A stretch of DNA of 20,586 nt from Octopus sinensis (Eukaryota): the NCBI RefSeq assembly GCF_006345805.1, contig NW_021823945.1, positions 1-20,586 of the forward strand, written 5' to 3'. Shown here in pieces: positions 20,237 through 20,586 of this stretch. Every line of letters begins with the position of its first letter. Within the stretch, counting starts at the first letter, position 1. The notes under the pieces were generated by a model that saw only the letters and a program-made list of their open reading frames with translations, was not told where the DNA came from and did no database searches. The position numbers and the translations under genes are program-made.

Positions 20237-20586
20237 TGTGATGGGAGAGAAAATTTTAAGAGATTTATATATGTACGTATCTTCAATAACTTAGACGTAT
20301 AAATACACACATGCATATATACACATAGTAGAACAGTAGTACAGAATTGATGGCAAATCAATACACAGTTGCACATTTATAGTTTGTTCAAATCGAATTG
20401 TTACATGAGTGTTTTAAAAGCCGCTCACAGATTCAAAGGCACTAATACAATAAAATATAATGATTAGTTTTTCGGGAAAATGGTAATTTACTTCATTATA
20501 TACGTAATAAATATCAAACGAAATTAACAGAATCTACAATGAAATGTCATTATTTGAAACTATAAAGAAAATGTTAATTATATGAT

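Overview
AT-rich, repeat-saturated eukaryotic non-coding DNA (intron or intergenic). I found no confidently supported host exon. The repeat repertoire resembles, from memory, an octopus (coleoid cephalopod) genome; this is an inference. Contents: long TA/TACA/TATC/TAC/AAT microsatellites that generate most of the ORF track as artefacts; four tRNA-derived SINE families (called A-D here), including dimeric and inverted copies with clear target-site duplications (TSDs); decayed LINE fragments (two RLE/R4-Dong-like 3' ends, one CR1-like 3' end, one internally deleted L1/Tx1-like ORF2); a decayed Tc1/mariner transposase; a fully palindromic 365-bp TA-flanked MITE; two unexplained inverted repeats; and three degenerate minimal hammerhead-ribozyme motifs. 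The most interesting object is an 899-bp insertion (18915-19813) with a 13-bp TSD that splits a SINE. It carries an unrecognised 194-codon reading frame broken only at three A-runs, followed by a 3' UTR with an array of GAGG...CCTC hairpins.
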